Positions 60,566-64,000 of a stretch of 64,000 nt of DNA are shown here, in pieces. Source of the stretch: the human T2T-CHM13v2.0 reference genome, Homo sapiens; assembly GCF_009914755.1 (NCBI RefSeq), contig NC_060937.1. One strand, 5' to 3'. Each line of letters starts with the position of its first letter. Position 1 is the stretch's first letter. A model generated the notes under the pieces. It searched no databases, had not been told where the DNA came from, and saw only the letters and a program-made list of their open reading frames with translations. The position numbers and the translations under genes were made by a program.

Positions 60566-60780
60566 AATTACCACAATTGGGTGGGTCAGAAAGATATTAT
60601 TTTAGACAGACACATCGTGTATATCTCCCCATTTCTCATTCTTACATGTAGGCCAAATGATTCATCTTTGCTTCAGTCTGATCTGACTCTGTTTCAGAAT
60701 GTGTGGTACAAATACTATGAACCTCATCAACGATGCTTGTCATCAATGATTTGGTACCTACAATATAACAGTAAGATGGT
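60566..60780 (-). repeat. Inverted duplication, arm 2
   Basis: See arm 1. The ORF track shows the same pseudo-peptide TKSLMTSIVDEV on opposite strands. Confidence 0.95.
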
Positions 60781-61020
60781 AAGGAGACTGGGCTTCTGAG
60801 TTTCAGAGTGAGGCTTTCTGGGTTTGATCCCAGCTCTGCCATTTACTGGTTGTGTGACTTAAATAAGGCTCTAAGGGCCTCTAAGCTCAGCTTCCTCATC
60901 TGTAAGGTAGAGAGAGTAATCATAATTAAAAGCAAAGCTCATGTGAGGGTTAAGTAAAGTAAACCAAGTAATGCACTTTGCATAGCACCTAATGTGTTGC
61001 AAGTACTGTACTCAAATAAT
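60765..61020 (+). mobile_element. MIR SINE
   Basis: ctgggtttgatcccagctctgccatttactggttgtgtgact...ctcagcttcctcatctgtaagg. Confidence 0.8.
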
Positions 61021-62500
61021 GCTTGATCTAAATGATTATTAATCATTACAATAATACAATGTAGCATAAATCCCAGCATGTAAAAACAGAACAATAAAGA
61101 CTTGTTAAAAGAGGAGAAGAAACTTTAGCATGTTCATAGAACTATGCAGCTAAGAGATACTATATGGATCACCTAGTTCTTCATTTACTCTTGAAGGCAA
61201 GGTGAAGTTCAGAGAGGGAAGGGTCTACTAGCCCATCAAAATTACATATATTTTTAATTCCAAATACTTTTAAAAATACAATAGCAGAAATGTCTAAGAT
61301 AACACTCTGTCTACATGAAAAAGTTTCCAAAAAAATCACATTTCAGATATTTGGAGAAGAAATTGGACTTTGGAGCCAATCTTCTTGGCTGTGAGTTCTG
61401 ACCTACTTATTACATGTGTGACTTAAGCATGCTTTAGTTTTCCAATCCATAATGGTGTGAAAACGTCTACCTCATAAGCCTGGGGTGAGACGTAAGTATT
61501 TACATCTGTAAATTGTATAAAACAGGTACTTGATAGACAATCAATGCTAGATGTTACCTACTGTTATTGACAGTTTGAAAGTTGTAGATTTCCTAGATTG
61601 AAACTCCAGCCCTGTGTGTATAGCCTCAGTTATCCCACTTCCAAAATGAGGATAGTTATTGCATTCTTTGTAGGGGCATTTTAATGATTAAATTAGATAA
61701 TGTGCAACACTCAGAATGGTGCCAAAAATAAGTTAATCACTCAACTGTTAATGATTATGATTTTTTAAATTAATTTATAAATATTAGAGTATTTTTTCCT
61801 TTTTTCTTCCTATTATATTTGCTTTTTCTTTCATATTAGTGCTGATACTCATTTTAAGCACAACTCTCACTAGATATTATTTTGAAGTCTTTGGCTTCAG
61901 AGGCAGCAGGCTTGAAACATTTTTACCAACATCAAGTTATTAGCAAATGTTTATTAGAAACACATTTATTAGAAGATTAATTGCCCTGGAACACATGTAT
62001 CTAAAACCACAAGGTAATTACTGTTTTTAAAAATTGAAATGAATGTCAAGAGTTTCAGAATATATATTTGTTAATCTTTGTTTCATTTTTTTCAGTTAAC
62101 AAGAATCTTCCAGAGTTTATTTTTATTCATTAACCTTAATTATTTCCGTAGTCATTTTCCCTCAGGTACTTTGGATAGAGAACAAGTGACTCTCTGGAGT
62201 TGGGGGTGGGGTGGATGGAATTCTTGCCCCACCAGGAAAATCCTGGACATAGACAATGATTCTTTCAGTGGTAATAAATATCCACTCATGTTTAAACGGG
62301 TTTCAAGACCAGCATTTCTTACTCACATATTTCTTGAATAAAGTATCTACTTGTAATCTCCCTCTTTTAACTTTTTAGCCCATTTCTGTGACTCCAAGAC
62401 AATGAAATTACTTTTGTTCACTTCCATATGATATACCCAATCAGAAAAATTTTAGTTTTATCTTCTGTGACCTCTCAGCAGTGCTCTGAATTGTTGTTTT

Positions 62501-62770
62501 TGTGGTAGAGAAAATACTGGTCCCCTAAAGATGTCCCCATTCTAACATATGGAACCTGTGAGTAGATAATGTTGCATAGCAAAAGGGAACTAAAGTTATA
62601 GGTGTGATTAAGGCTAAAGACATTAAATTTGGGAGATGATCCTGAATTATCCAGGTGGACCCAACCTAACTCCATGAATCACTAACAGTGATCATGGCTG
62701 TGGTTGGAGAGAGATGTGAGTATGGGAGGAAGACACAGATGCAACTCTGCTGGCTTTGAAGGTGCTGGTT
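62501..62770 (+). mobile_element. MLT1D-like LTR fragment
   Basis: tgtggtagagaaaatactggtcccctaaagatgtcc...ggaacctgtgag...gggagatgatcctgaattatccaggtggaccc. Confidence 0.75.
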
Positions 62771-62799
62771 TGTCCATATTTCTTAGGCCATTCTGCTTT

Positions 62800-63773
62800 T
62801 CCATCTCCTCTAGTCGTGAGCTGACCTTTAGTCATGAGCTGCTCTGAGCTCTGTCTTTGACCTTTCTCTTTTCATGATAACTCTCCCAGGCAATCTCATC
62901 CACTTTCATGATTTCTCAATTCTCTGTCATCCTTTACATCGTTGTAGAGTCTTAGAGCTACATGTCCAACTGCTTATTAGATTTCTCCACTTGGCTACAC
63001 CACAAGTACCTCCAGCTCAATAGGTCCCTTATTCAATTTGAAATCCTAAACCAGAGTTCCCTGTCATAACAAACAGGACCAGCTTCCAAACCGTGGAGCA
63101 AACTTGAAGTCTTAGAATCATGCTTGATACCTACTTCTCCCTCAACCCTCATAAGTAATCGTCACGTTCTCCAACATATTCTCAAAATATCTTTTGAGCT
63201 AATTCCATTCTCTCCATCTCCCTCTCTACACACACTCTTATCTGGCCTCCTCACTGGCCACCCTGCCTCCCACTCTTAGCCTTTCTGATACATTTGGCAC
63301 AAAGCATATGGAGAGACCCTTCATAATCACTGTCCTACCTTAACAGTGGCAAACCTGTAACATGGTCTGCAAGATACTGAAGGATCTGGCTCCTCCCACA
63401 CTTCAAACACCCCTTTGTACCCCCTTTCCCCCAAGTATCCCAGTGTCTGACCACGTTGGCCTTCTCCCAGCTCCTGCCTAATGCAGGGTCTTCTCCTCCA
63501 CTTGGAAGTCTCTCCTGTTTTCTTTGGTTAACCCCATTTTTGTAGCCTTCAGGCCCCAGCTTAACTATCATTTTCTCGGGGGAGCCACTCCAAGTGCCTT
63601 CCACTGGGCCAGGTTTCCCTGCTATAACTTCTCAAGGTACCCTCACTTTTTGTTTCTGGCACTTGAGACAAAGGCAATTCATGTTTGTGTGGTCATCTGT
63701 TCATTGGATGTCTTCCAAACTCAACTGTTCCTTAGTGTAATTTCCAATTCCATGAAGTCCCTGACACAGCGTC
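62800..63773 (+). mobile_element. L2 LINE fragment
   Basis: caatctcatccactttcatgattt...atgtccaactgcttattagatttctccacttgg...ggcctcctcactggccaccctgcctcc. Confidence 0.65.
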
Positions 63774-63774
63774 T

Positions 63775-64000
63775 ATGATAGTTAAATTTATGTATCAACT
63801 TGACTAAAGTATGGTGCCTGGCTGTTTGGTTGAACACCAGTCTAGATGTTGCTGTGAAGGTATTTTACAGTTGTGATTAACACTTAAATTGATAGACTTT
63901 GAGTAAAGCATGTCACCCTCCATAATGTGAGTGGGACTCATCTTATTAATAGGAAAGATTTTGACTTCTCTGCAGGGAGAGGTCACTGGCCTACCACATC
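63775..64000 (+). mobile_element. MLT2-family (ERVL) LTR, running off the window edge
   Basis: tgatagttaaatttatgtatcaacttgact...ctagatgttgctgtgaaggtatttt...ccctccataatgtgagtggg. Confidence 0.8.

Noticed and set aside
58968-60780. Inverted arms as long TIRs of a Mutator-like transposon
   Set aside because: No TSD on the outer flanks, no transposase remnant inside, and one arm is continuous with an older MIR. A Dfam search is still needed to close this.
58831-60842. Shared peptide TKSLMTSIVDEV in two ORFs as a protein family
   Set aside because: By-product of the DNA inverted duplication; one ORF starts in microsatellite and the other in a MIR.

Overview
Primate (almost certainly human) genomic DNA from inside the sodium leak channel gene NALCN, transcribed on the minus strand. 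Three coding exons are recoverable with exact GT-AG boundaries: 58582-58428 (155 nt), 5448-5306 (143 nt) and 5176-5072 (105 nt). Together they encode the domain I extracellular loop, the pore helix with the selectivity-filter Glu (ASQEGW) and S6. By recall these are exons 7-9. About 53 kb of the window is one intron filled with Alu, L1, L2, MIR, LTR and DNA-transposon remnants; subfamily names are from recall of consensus sequences, not from a search. I see no prokaryotic-type system, CRISPR array or new protein-coding gene. The most unusual items are (1) a ~215-bp inverted duplication of apparently unique sequence just upstream of exon 7, one arm sitting in a patchwork of locally templated snippets; (2) a polyadenylated, U5-less ERVK-type LTR that looks like an L1-retrotransposed ERV mRNA end; (3) candidate hidden splicing elements in the giant intron (a recursive-splice-like AG|GTAAGT site, an 11-nt microexon candidate behind a 54-bp VNTR, an in-frame cryptic terminal exon candidate); (4) a twin-primed inverted L1PA and an internal-only L1 fragment. 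All functional readings of these are inference.
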